From an uncultured Alphaproteobacteria bacterium (lineage in GTDB: Bacteria > Pseudomonadota > Alphaproteobacteria > RF32 > CAG-239), in NCBI GenBank assembly GCA_934270475.1, contig CAKQPS010000005.1, forward strand, positions 65,945 to 129,944: a stretch of DNA of 64,000 bases, read 5' to 3'. This document shows, in pieces, positions 18,133 to 27,349 of the stretch (its first letter is position 1; every line of letters starts with the position of its first letter). The translations under genes and the position numbers were made by a program. The notes under the pieces are model-generated. The model worked only from the letters and a program-made list of their open reading frames with translations. It made no database searches and was not told the origin of the DNA.

Positions 18133-21100
18133 ATGGAAAATAAAGTAAGCAAAAAAACACTTATCGCCGGAATACTCACTATAATAATCGCCGTTATCGG
18201 CGGACTTGCCGGATATTATTTCAGCAGCGGCTATGAGCTGGGAAATTCTGACCGCGCCGTCAAAATAGCTTCAATTCAAGCTCCGGCAGCTACCGATTAT
18301 TCCGGTGACGACAAAATTTCTCCGGACTATCTGTATGTAAACTTCAATCAGCCGGTGACTGATGCCGACAAAATCGGCGCAAACTTTAAACGTGGAATAT
18401 CCATCAATCCGGATATCCGCGGCAGCTGGCAATGGCAAAACCGCGACCAGCTGGCGTTTATTCCGGAAACCGACTGGCTGCCGAACACCTCCTATAAAGT
18501 AAATTTAAGCAAAAATATTTTCAACACTCCGTCCCCAACCAAAAACCTAACCTTCAAATTCAGCACCCCTATCTTCAGCGGCAGCGTTAGCGGCTCCGAT
18601 TTTTATGAAGACCCGCGCGACCTTAAAAACAAATCTGTTACCGCCAGCTTTAAATTTACGGCGCCTATTGACACAAACAACTTGAAAGAACATATAAAAA
18701 TTAAAACAGTCGGCGGCGATAATTATGATTTTGACTATAAGCTGACGGACCATAACACCGTTTTACATATTATATCCAAACCGGTGCAAATAAAAAATGA
18801 AGAAGATTTTGCCAAAATCAGCATTGTGAACCTCGGCAACAGCTATAATCAAAAAACTTTGGATAAAAACTTAGCAGTAACCGTCAAAATCCCTAGCAGC
18901 GATACTTTTTTCAAAATTAAACATACTGAATCCCGTATTGTCCGCAACACTGAAAATGATAATCCCGAACAAGTCTTTATTGTAGATTTTACCACCGCTG
19001 TAAATAGCGATAAGCTGCAAAAAGCGCTGACTTTAAACTATGTAGATGACAGCTGTCCCAAAGTAAATGAGCAATGGTCAACAACCGACGGCAAAGAAAA
19101 ACTGCTGAAAAAAATGAAAAAGCTGAAAATTTCGGCAATACCGCTGCCGCACGAAAATTCAAAATCTCACTTTTTCAAATATCACGAGCCGCAAAATAAA
19201 GGCTGTCTGATTGCTCTGTTTGACAACAGTCTGACTTCGGCAGAAGGCTTTAAACTGGGCAAAGATAATTCAGCCACCGCTCTTGCAACAAATTTTTCAC
19301 CTTACCCGCTGGAAGCCGGCATTGTTTTTGACGGTTCCGTAATGTCGCTGCAAGGCAGCCGCAAAATCGCTTTTATCTCCCGCGGCGCCACAGAATTAAA
19401 CATTGATATTGCCCGCATAAAAGAAAACGATTTGAATCACTTGGTCACCCAAACCTATGCTTTTGGCAATTTTGAAACTCCGTATTTTGAAAATTATAAT
19501 TTTTCGGAAGCTGACATTTCAGAAATTTTTAACAAAAAACTGCCCATAAACACTACTAATCCGGCAGAAGCAAACTATTCTTCGCTTGACCTTAACGATT
19601 ATTTTCAAAACCGTAAGGGCATATTTTTAATCACCGTCCAAGGCAGCAACGGCGATAGAAACAGTTTCGCCGACAAACGCCTGCTTATGCTTACTGATTT
19701 GGGTATTGTCGTAAAAGACAACGCCGACAAAACCCACAATATTTTTGTTTCTAATATTGCCTCAGAAAATCCGGCAGCCAAGGCTAAAGTGCAGGTCTTG
19801 GGTAAAAACGGACTTCCGGTTTTAGAAGCTGTTACCAATGCGCAAGGCATGGCTCTAATACCTGATTTTTCAGAGTTCAAAAATGACAAATACGCGGTTG
19901 CCTATAAAGTTATTTTAGGCAATGATATTTCATTTTTGCCCATCAACCGCGAAGACCGTAAACTAAACTTGTCACGCTTTGACATAGGCGGTGATTATAT
20001 TAACGGCTGGGCTGCTCCTGAAACTTCGTTAAAAGGCTATATATTCAGCGACCGCGGCATCTATCGTCCAAGTGAAAACGGACATTTAGGCATTTTGGTA
20101 CGTCAGGCTGATTTAAACACTCCGCAAAAACTCCCGTTTGAATTGACTATCCGCAAGCCAAACGGCGATACTTTAGCCACCAAAACCCTTCAAAGTAACG
20201 AACTCGGCTTTATGGAATATGAATTTTCACTATCTGCCTCTGCTCCAACCGGAGTATATTCGGTTGATTTATGGCTGAAAGGCAAAGACAATGAAGAGCG
20301 CTTTGTTGCATACAGCACTTTCCGAGTAGAAGAATTTGTACCGGATACCTTAAAGATTAAGGCTAATTGGCAGCCGGAAGCTCCTAAAGGCTGGATCAAT
20401 GAAAGCTTATTAAATGTTGCCGTCAACTTGCAGAATCTCTATGGCAATCCGGCAGCCGGACATACAGTGCAGGCAAAATACAGCCTGACTCCGACAACAT
20501 TTAAATTTACTGATTTTTCCGGCTATACATTCCGCAACCCGCAGCAAACTCAAGAACCCCGCAGCTATAACGATTCTTTAGCCGATGTACAAACCGACAA
20601 AGACGGAAACGCCGAGCTCTCGCTCGATTTGAAAAATTTTGAGCAAGGTCTTTATAAACTGCAGCTTAATATCGACGGCTTAGAAACCGGCAGCGCCCGC
20701 GGCACCGGTACAACCTTAACCACACTTGTTTCTCCGGCAAAATATTTGGTCGGCTGGAAATCTGACGGCGAACTGAACTATATCTATAAAAATTCCCAGC
20801 ACGCCATAAATTTTATCGCCGTTGACAATAATTTAGAGCCGTTGGAATTAAACGATTTAACTTTGCAGCTCATCAAAAAAGATTACATATCTTCTTTGGT
20901 TGAGCAAAAAAACGGAACTTACCAATATCAGATGGTTGCCAAAGAAAACGTTTTGCAAAGCATACCGTTTTCAATTTCTGCCGCAGGGCAGAATAAAGAG
21001 CTGCCAACCGAGCAAGCCGGCGAATATATTTGGAAAATTACAGACTCCAAAAATCAGACTTTGGCAAAAGTTGAATTTTATGTTGCCGGAGCACTCAATC

Positions 21101-23655
21101 AAACGCAGACAAACGACAAAAACGCAAATCTGAACGTAAAGCTGAATAAGCAGGAATATTCCGCCGGAGACACTCTGGAAATGCAAGTTTCCGCCCCTTA
21201 TGCCGGCTATGGCTTGATAACCATCGAGCGCGACAAAGTTTATGCTTATAAATGGTTCAAAACCAACTCTCAAAACTTTATGCAAAACATTGTTCTGCCC
21301 GACGGCATAGAAGGCAACGCTTATATCAATATTGCTGTTTTCCGCTCTTTAAAATCAGCTGAAATATATTCGTCGCCGCTCAGCTACGCCGTTGTTCCAT
21401 TCAGCATAAACAAAGAAAACCGCCGTTTGAATATAATTTTAAACACTCCTGCAACCGTAAAACCAGGAGAAAATTTGGTTATAAACTACAAGACTTCAGA
21501 ACCGGCGCAAATTGTGATATATGGCGTAAATGAAGGTATTTTACAAGTTGCCCGCTACAAAATGCCTGAATTGCTGGATATTTTCCTTGCTAAACGCGCC
21601 CTCCGCGTAGTTACCGAACAAATTATGGATTTGATAATGCCGGATATCCGCTTTTTGAAAAATTTGAGTTCAACCGGCGGCGACGGCAGCGAAGATGAAT
21701 CTGCGCTGGACCGCAATATAAATCCATTTGCCCGCAAAACCGACAAACCAGTTGCTTTTTGGAGCGGTATTCTGCCAAGCGGCAGCCAAGAATCTGCCTA
21801 TACCTATGCCGTTCCGGCGGCTTTTAACGGCAGCATCAAAGTAATGGCGGTCGCCGTATCGCAAAACCGTTTTGGCAACACCGAGCAAAATGTTCTATCT
21901 CGCGGAGATTTTGCCATTGTGCCGTCCGGTCCGTTAAATGTGGCTCCAAACGATGAGTTTGTTATTGGATTAAGCGTCGGCAATTTGGTAGAAAATTCCG
22001 GCAGCGGTTACCAAATAAAAGTTTCTGCCAATGTTTCAGACGGTCTAGAAACCATTGATGAAAATTCGCAAGACCTTGCCATTGACGAAAACGGCGAAGC
22101 CTCGCTGAAATTCCGTTTCAAAGCCAAAGACACTCTTGGTTCACAGCAAATCACCTTTACGGCGCAAAGCCTCAATGAACCGGAAAAGCACGCCGTTATG
22201 CCGTATACTTTAAGCATTCGACCAGCTGTGCCATACAGCAATAAATTTAATTTCGGCATGGCTAAATCGTCCTACACCTTGAACAAGGCAGAAGATTTAT
22301 ACGAAGAATACCGCATTCAGCAGCTTTCCGCTTCTGTTTCGCCTTTGGTTTTGGCGCAAGGTTTGCTTAAATATCTAAATAAATATCCGCATTATTGCAC
22401 CGAACAAACCATAAGCAAAGCCTTTCCGGCAATTGAGCTGTTCTTCAAATCTCCGGACTTAGTAAAAGGAATTGATGTTTATGCCTTGTTTGACGATGCT
22501 GTGCGAATTTTGCGTGAACGGCAGGTTTTAGGCGGAGGATTTACAGCTTGGAGCAACAGTGCCTTGGACGTTTCCCCTCGCGACAGCTTATATGCCGCAC
22601 ACTTTTTGGTAACGGCAAAACAACACGGCTTTAATGTGCCGAACGGACTTTTAGATTCCGCCTTGGAATATTGCGAGCAAACTGCTGCCGCTCAGCCGGC
22701 GTCGGTATCTGATTTCAATCCGGCGTACGCTGCCTACATTCTGACCTTAAACGGCAAAATCACCACTAATTATCTGCTTAATATTGAAGAGTTTTACAAA
22801 AATAATTATGCTAAAAACTGGCAGACAAATCTTGGTGCCGAATTTTTGGCGGCAAGCTATAAAATACTGCAAGATGAAAAGCATGCCGATACTTTGGCTG
22901 GAATGTATAAAAACAGCCCTAATGCGCTGGAAAATGCCGTTAACATCTATCTGCTTGCCAAACATTTCCATAGCAAACTGAAAACCCTTGACCAGAACAG
23001 CATTGAAACCTTGCTGGAACCATTGTCCGGCGGCAATTTCACCACCTATTCGGCAAGCTGGTCGGTGCTGGCGCTCAATGCTTTTAACAATCAAGAAACC
23101 GATAAAAAAATTGAATTTTCGCAGTTTACGCCTGTTTACACGCCTTTCCCGACTGTCGCTTATCTGCCTCAAACCAAAGATTTAAGCGTCAGCGCTCCGC
23201 AAGCTTTTTATTATGCAAACCGGCAGCAAGGTTTCCCTAAATCGGCTCAAGTCAAAGCAGCAGCCAAGGGCTTATCCGTAAGCAAAGCCGTCACCGACCA
23301 AAACGGACAACCTGTAACCAAAGCCAAGCTTGGAGACATTTTGAATGTTAAGGTCATTTACAGCAGCCTAGGCAAAGAGCCTGTTTATGATGTGGCTTTA
23401 ACCGATTTGCTCGCCGGCTGCTTTGAAGTGGTTGACGGTTCGCTGAAAACCGCAGACGGAACCTACAGCACAGAAATTCGGGAAGACCGTATAAATGTGT
23501 ATGCAACTGCCTTTGTCTATGAACAAAGTTTCAGTTATCAGGTAAAAGTGGTGGCTGACGGCAGCTTTGCTTTGCCTCCGGTTTATGCTGACGCCATGTA
23601 TCAGCCGCTGCTGCATGCTAATTCTGATTTAAGGAAAATAACGGTTGGCGAATAA
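18133..23655 (+). CDS. bacterial alpha-2-macroglobulin family protein (thioester-containing, YfhM-like)
   Basis: 1840 aa with N-terminal signal-anchor and MG-domain repeats. Thioester motif CTEQ in ...KYPHYCTEQTISKAFP. ATG at 18133 with GGAG SD at spacing 7; the track ORF starts at 18109. Confidence 0.85.
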   Translation: MENKVSKKTLIAGILTIIIAVIGGLAGYYFSSGYELGNSDRAVKIASIQAPAATDYSGDDKISPDYLYVNFNQPVTDADKIGANFKRGISINPDIRGSWQWQNRDQLAFIPETDWLPNTSYKVNLSKNIFNTPSPTKNLTFKFSTPIFSGSVSGSDFYEDPRDLKNKSVTASFKFTAPIDTNNLKEHIKIKTVGGDNYDFDYKLTDHNTVLHIISKPVQIKNEEDFAKISIVNLGNSYNQKTLDKNLAVTVKIPSSDTFFKIKHTESRIVRNTENDNPEQVFIVDFTTAVNSDKLQKALTLNYVDDSCPKVNEQWSTTDGKEKLLKKMKKLKISAIPLPHENSKSHFFKYHEPQNKGCLIALFDNSLTSAEGFKLGKDNSATALATNFSPYPLEAGIVFDGSVMSLQGSRKIAFISRGATELNIDIARIKENDLNHLVTQTYAFGNFETPYFENYNFSEADISEIFNKKLPINTTNPAEANYSSLDLNDYFQNRKGIFLITVQGSNGDRNSFADKRLLMLTDLGIVVKDNADKTHNIFVSNIASENPAAKAKVQVLGKNGLPVLEAVTNAQGMALIPDFSEFKNDKYAVAYKVILGNDISFLPINREDRKLNLSRFDIGGDYINGWAAPETSLKGYIFSDRGIYRPSENGHLGILVRQADLNTPQKLPFELTIRKPNGDTLATKTLQSNELGFMEYEFSLSASAPTGVYSVDLWLKGKDNEERFVAYSTFRVEEFVPDTLKIKANWQPEAPKGWINESLLNVAVNLQNLYGNPAAGHTVQAKYSLTPTTFKFTDFSGYTFRNPQQTQEPRSYNDSLADVQTDKDGNAELSLDLKNFEQGLYKLQLNIDGLETGSARGTGTTLTTLVSPAKYLVGWKSDGELNYIYKNSQHAINFIAVDNNLEPLELNDLTLQLIKKDYISSLVEQKNGTYQYQMVAKENVLQSIPFSISAAGQNKELPTEQAGEYIWKITDSKNQTLAKVEFYVAGALNQTQTNDKNANLNVKLNKQEYSAGDTLEMQVSAPYAGYGLITIERDKVYAYKWFKTNSQNFMQNIVLPDGIEGNAYINIAVFRSLKSAEIYSSPLSYAVVPFSINKENRRLNIILNTPATVKPGENLVINYKTSEPAQIVIYGVNEGILQVARYKMPELLDIFLAKRALRVVTEQIMDLIMPDIRFLKNLSSTGGDGSEDESALDRNINPFARKTDKPVAFWSGILPSGSQESAYTYAVPAAFNGSIKVMAVAVSQNRFGNTEQNVLSRGDFAIVPSGPLNVAPNDEFVIGLSVGNLVENSGSGYQIKVSANVSDGLETIDENSQDLAIDENGEASLKFRFKAKDTLGSQQITFTAQSLNEPEKHAVMPYTLSIRPAVPYSNKFNFGMAKSSYTLNKAEDLYEEYRIQQLSASVSPLVLAQGLLKYLNKYPHYCTEQTISKAFPAIELFFKSPDLVKGIDVYALFDDAVRILRERQVLGGGFTAWSNSALDVSPRDSLYAAHFLVTAKQHGFNVPNGLLDSALEYCEQTAAAQPASVSDFNPAYAAYILTLNGKITTNYLLNIEEFYKNNYAKNWQTNLGAEFLAASYKILQDEKHADTLAGMYKNSPNALENAVNIYLLAKHFHSKLKTLDQNSIETLLEPLSGGNFTTYSASWSVLALNAFNNQETDKKIEFSQFTPVYTPFPTVAYLPQTKDLSVSAPQAFYYANRQQGFPKSAQVKAAAKGLSVSKAVTDQNGQPVTKAKLGDILNVKVIYSSLGKEPVYDVALTDLLAGCFEVVDGSLKTADGTYSTEIREDRINVYATAFVYEQSFSYQVKVVADGSFALPPVYADAMYQPLLHANSDLRKITVGE

Positions 23656-25960
23656 ATTTTATCAGTTTTGGCAAAAATTACGGAGCAAAAAAGCCTTGCG
23701 GTTTACCGTTGGTTCTTTTGCCGCCGTGTTTTTGCTGATGATGCTTATTCCAAAGCCTGATTTATATAACCGCTACAACTTTTCCGGCGCTGTTTATGAC
23801 CGCAGCGGCAATCTGCTTAAACTGTCTTTGAGTCTAGACGATAAATATCGGCTTTTTACTCCGTTGCAAGATATTCCGCTTGAGGCACAGCAAGCTTTGC
23901 TGCTTTATGAAGACCACGGATTTTACCGCCACTTTGGAATTAGCCCTACCGGTTTTATCCGCGCCGCTTTTTCCATGCTGACCGGCGGGCGCAAGCAAGG
24001 AGCATCCACAATCACCATGCAGCTGGCGCGCATTGTCTATCAGCTGAACACAACCACCGTTGCCGGTAAAACTGAACAAATTTTACGAGCTCTGCAAATA
24101 GAACTTTTTTATAGCAAAGCTCAAATTTTAGAGGCATATTTCAATGTTGCTCCCTATGGCGGAAACATTGAAGGTATCGGCGCCGCTTCTCTTATTTATT
24201 TCCAGCAACCGGCAAAGCAGCTTAACCTGCCGCAAGCCATTGCCTTAACGGTTATTCCGCAAAATCCGGCAAAACGCAATTTATTAAGTCTTAAAAACCG
24301 AAAAAACAATGCGCTCGCCGCCGACCGCCTGAAAAAATTATGGCGGCAAAAATACAATCACACGCAAAATGATTATCTAAATCTGCCCTTAGCTTCCGGA
24401 GTTTTTCTGCCGGATTTTGCCCCGCATTTTACCCGCCGTCTTTTAAGCCGGCAAAACGGTATTATCGACACTTCTTTAGCTTTGCCGCTGCAAACTAAAA
24501 TCACAAAAATTTTACAGCAATATGTGTCCGAGCATAACAAACAGGGCGTTTACAACGCGGCGGCAATTTTGGTTGACAGCAGCGATATGTCTGTTTTAGC
24601 CTATATCGGCTCGGCAGATTTTTATAATCCCCAAATTTTTGGACAGGTCGACGGCATAACGGCAAAACGTTCCCCTGGTTCAGCCCTCAAGCCGTTCATT
24701 TATGCTATTGCCCTGCAAAAAGGGTTAATACACCCGCTAAGCATGCTGAAAGATGTGCCCAGCCGCTATGGTTTTTATGAGCCGGAAAACTTTGATCGCA
24801 CCTATTTTGGTATTTTAGATGCCACTCAAGCTCTAACATTAAGCCGCAACATTCCAGCCGTAACTTTGCTGGAACAAGTCGGTGAACAAAATTTTTATAA
24901 TCTTTTGAAAAACAGCGGCGTAAAATTGAGTAAACCGGCAAATTATTATGGTTTATCCATGGCTTTGGGCAGTGTTGAAGTTTCTATGGAAAACCTAGCC
25001 GCTATGTATGCCATGCTGGCAAACAACGGTCAGTTTTCCAACCTGCAGTTCACACACCGCGGCAAGCCGCAAACCAAACAATTGCTATCGCCGGAAGCAG
25101 CTTTTTTAACTCGTTATATGCTCAGCCGCGAACAACATTCTTCGTCTAAAGTTTCATTTGCCGCTTCCACTAAAGCTTTTTCGGCAGCTTGGAAAACCGG
25201 CACTTCTTACAGTTTTAAAGATGCATGGACAGCCGGCATTTTCGGGAATTATGTTTTAGTGGTTTGGCTTGGCAACTTTGACGGCACGCCAAACCCCGCT
25301 TTTATTGGCAAAGACCTGGCGGCGCCGCTGTTCTTCCGCATTGCCGAACAAATAAGCAATCAGCAAAATAACTATTTAACCGCCCCGCATAAGCTTAATT
25401 TGGCTAAAGTAAAAATCTGCAGCGACACTGGAGATTTGGCAACCGATTTTTGCGCCAAAACCGCCGAAACCTATTTTATTCTGGGGATAACGCAAATCAA
25501 AAACTCCAACATTACCCGCCTAGTTCCCATAGATAAAGCCAGCGGTTTGCGCGCCTGCCGCCATACTCCGCCGGCAACTATGCTGAAAAGCTATAATTTT
25601 TGGTCGTCCGACATATTGAATGCTTTTAGCAAAGCTGGTATAAACTTTAAACGCCCGCCGGAATTTTTAACCGATTGCAGCGAAGTAGAAGACTTTAAGC
25701 ACGGACTGCCGCCAAAAATCACTTTTCCGGCAAACAACAGCAAAATTATGCTGAAAAACAAACAAACTATTGCCCTGCGGGCAGACTTGGACGCCGACGC
25801 AGGCACAGTATATTGGTTTGTAAATGATAGTTTGTTTGGACAAAGCAAAGCCGGCGAAGTCATAGAAATAACTCCCCCGTTCGGTGTTCTAAAAATTAAA
25901 GCCGTCGACAATTTAGGACGGCAAAGTGAAATAACAGTTTCAATTATCCCTGTAAACTGA
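23645..25960 (+). CDS. pbpC: penicillin-binding protein 1C (transglycosylase + transpeptidase)
   Basis: GT51 motifs EDHGFYRHFGI and RQGASTITMQLAR; transpeptidase motifs SPGSALKP and KTGT; C-terminal PBP1C domain. Overlaps the A2M stop by 11 nt. Confidence 0.85.
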   Translation: MANKFYQFWQKLRSKKALRFTVGSFAAVFLLMMLIPKPDLYNRYNFSGAVYDRSGNLLKLSLSLDDKYRLFTPLQDIPLEAQQALLLYEDHGFYRHFGISPTGFIRAAFSMLTGGRKQGASTITMQLARIVYQLNTTTVAGKTEQILRALQIELFYSKAQILEAYFNVAPYGGNIEGIGAASLIYFQQPAKQLNLPQAIALTVIPQNPAKRNLLSLKNRKNNALAADRLKKLWRQKYNHTQNDYLNLPLASGVFLPDFAPHFTRRLLSRQNGIIDTSLALPLQTKITKILQQYVSEHNKQGVYNAAAILVDSSDMSVLAYIGSADFYNPQIFGQVDGITAKRSPGSALKPFIYAIALQKGLIHPLSMLKDVPSRYGFYEPENFDRTYFGILDATQALTLSRNIPAVTLLEQVGEQNFYNLLKNSGVKLSKPANYYGLSMALGSVEVSMENLAAMYAMLANNGQFSNLQFTHRGKPQTKQLLSPEAAFLTRYMLSREQHSSSKVSFAASTKAFSAAWKTGTSYSFKDAWTAGIFGNYVLVVWLGNFDGTPNPAFIGKDLAAPLFFRIAEQISNQQNNYLTAPHKLNLAKVKICSDTGDLATDFCAKTAETYFILGITQIKNSNITRLVPIDKASGLRACRHTPPATMLKSYNFWSSDILNAFSKAGINFKRPPEFLTDCSEVEDFKHGLPPKITFPANNSKIMLKNKQTIALRADLDADAGTVYWFVNDSLFGQSKAGEVIEITPPFGVLKIKAVDNLGRQSEITVSIIPVN

Positions 25961-26006
25961 ATACAAAATTCTTTACAATTTTACTTTTATTCGCTAAATT
26001 GAACTT

Positions 26007-26212
26007 GAGCGCAGGATATGTGCTCAGGGCGTCAGAAACCCTTTTAACAACAGTCGCTAAAGCATAAACGACTTAAATTTTTTATGCCGATTTTCTGTTC
26101 GTTGGACGGATGTCGGCTGAATAAGGCTATGTGCTGAATAAGCCGAGCCGTTTGTTGTTATACGGTTTCTGAACATCCGCCCGCTTTAAAATAGCGGGTT
26201 TTGTTTTATAGA
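26007..26212 (+). ncRNA. candidate structured 5' leader / cis-regulatory RNA of pilin-like gene 2, ending in an intrinsic terminator
   Basis: A promoter-like TTTACA-17-TAAATT lies at 25972-26000. Long-range complementarity between GTCAGAAACC (26031-40) and GGTTTCTGAAC (26163-73). Direct repeat GCTGAATAAG x2. The terminator sits only ~25 nt before the SD/ATG of ORF 26238, leaving no room for another promoter. Confidence 0.3.
26177..26207 (+). terminator. intrinsic terminator/attenuator hairpin CCCGC-N9-GCGGG + TTTTGTTTT
   Basis: 5-bp GC stem with a U-tract, immediately upstream of the RBS of pilin-like gene 2. Confidence 0.45.
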
Positions 26213-26237
26213 TAACATATTAAACGGAGTTAGAAAT

Positions 26238-27023
26238 ATGCGTAAGTTAAAAAATATAATAGACGCCGCTCTCAACGTCATTCTATGCCCCGTGCATAGA
26301 ATCTTCTGTCAAAAAGTAGCTAACCTAATCAATAAATTAGCCTTATTATTAAAAAGGAGTATATTCACACAAGATTCTCGGAATAAATCCAAGAATGACG
26401 GATGCTGTGGACGCGGGGTTATTACGTTTTCCCAATCCGGTCGTTCTATGATTGAAATGCTGGGAGTACTCGCCATTATTGCTGTTTTGAGCGTGGGCGG
26501 TATTGCTGGATATTCTAAGGCAATGGAAGCATATAAAATAAACCGGCTAGTCGAACAATACGCTTATTTGTTTCAAGGGCTTATTGAACATAGAGACTCT
26601 TTAGTTGTAACCACCAAAGGCAATACATATCTAAAAAGCACAATACAAGCTTTGGGACTGCTGCCTAATTCTTGGAAAACGCCAAATAACTCTGACACCT
26701 GCATAGAAGATGAGTTTAACAACCAAATATATTTAATCTCCCGTGAAAATGAATTAGTTATTGATTTTGTGTTCAAAGATTTTACCGCAAAAGCCTGCAG
26801 CCAAATGATGAATAATTTGTTTATACCATTGCATGACTATATACACAGAATTAATTTTTTTGACCAATCTGGTAAAAATCCGACATCTTTTTATCATGGC
26901 GACGACTACTGCACCACCCAGCGTAAATGTTTAAAAAACATCTCGGTTGCCGAAGTAAACCAAGTTTGCAGCTATTGCGGAATAAAAGAAGGCAGCAGCT
27001 GTTTTTTAGTTATTTATTTTTAA
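26238..27023 (+). CDS. type IV prepilin-like Cys-rich secreted protein, paralog 2, with 68-aa N-terminal leader
   Basis: ATG at 26238 with ACGGAG SD at spacing 8. ...SQSG|RSMIEMLGVLAIIAVLSVGGIAGYSKAMEAYKIN is identical in the core to paralogs 1 and 3. C-terminal C...KCLKNISVAEVNQVCSYC......C pattern shared with the other paralogs. No in-frame ATG closer to the cleavage site. Confidence 0.7.
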   Translation: MRKLKNIIDAALNVILCPVHRIFCQKVANLINKLALLLKRSIFTQDSRNKSKNDGCCGRGVITFSQSGRSMIEMLGVLAIIAVLSVGGIAGYSKAMEAYKINRLVEQYAYLFQGLIEHRDSLVVTTKGNTYLKSTIQALGLLPNSWKTPNNSDTCIEDEFNNQIYLISRENELVIDFVFKDFTAKACSQMMNNLFIPLHDYIHRINFFDQSGKNPTSFYHGDDYCTTQRKCLKNISVAEVNQVCSYCGIKEGSSCFLVIYF

Positions 27024-27094
27024 CACGTTACGCCTAAATCTAACTCCAAGAAACTATAGCGAACTGTCTCGAGAATCCAGAGTCCATATTCTTT

Positions 27095-27155
27095 AAGCGG
27101 ATATATTATACTGAATCCTCGGCGAATGAGCTATCGCTCAAAGCCAAGGATGACT
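27095..27155 (+). other. remnant homologous to the leader-coding segment of pilin-like paralog 3 (pilin gene fragment)
   Basis: GGATA..CTCGGCGAATGAGCTATCGCTCAAAGCCAAGGATGAC versus paralog 3 GGATACTCGACGAATGAGCTAGCGCTCAAAGCCAATGATGAC (~90% identity over ~40 nt); non-coding here. Confidence 0.4.
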
Positions 27156-27165
27156 ATACTTCTCA

Positions 27166-27330
27166 CTCTCAGAAACTCGGATAGCGTGCGTAGATGCGAC
27201 GGAATTTTTAAGCGACGTGTACAAAGAAGTACACAAGCACAACTTGTATTAACTCTCAGAAACTCGGATAATGAGGCTAATACGCATTAACTTTTTTGCG
27301 CCGTGTACAAAGAGGTACACAAGCACAAAA
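27166..27330. repeat. tandem 87-bp direct repeat (2 units) with conserved ends and variable centre, each unit ending in palindrome GTGTAC-AAAGA(A/G)-GTACAC
   Basis: CTCTCAGAAACTCGGATA at 27166-27183 and 27253-27270. (A/C)CGTGTACAAAGA(A/G)GTACACAAGCACAA at 27215-27242 and 27301-27328. A third copy of the 3' module lies at 49637-49685. Confidence 0.7.
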
Positions 27331-27349
27331 AGTTAAAAGTAGTAGACCA

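Noticed and set aside
26007-26212. Assigning the leader to the TPP or c-di-GMP-I riboswitch class
   Set aside because: Only fragmentary resemblance (CAGGGC..AAACC; ACCCUUUU) and key conserved nucleotides are missing, so it is left as an unclassified candidate.
27166-27330. CRISPR array
   Set aside because: Only two repeat units of 87-bp periodicity with internal sub-structure, no cas genes, and repeats that are not simple 28-37-nt palindromes separated by unique spacers.
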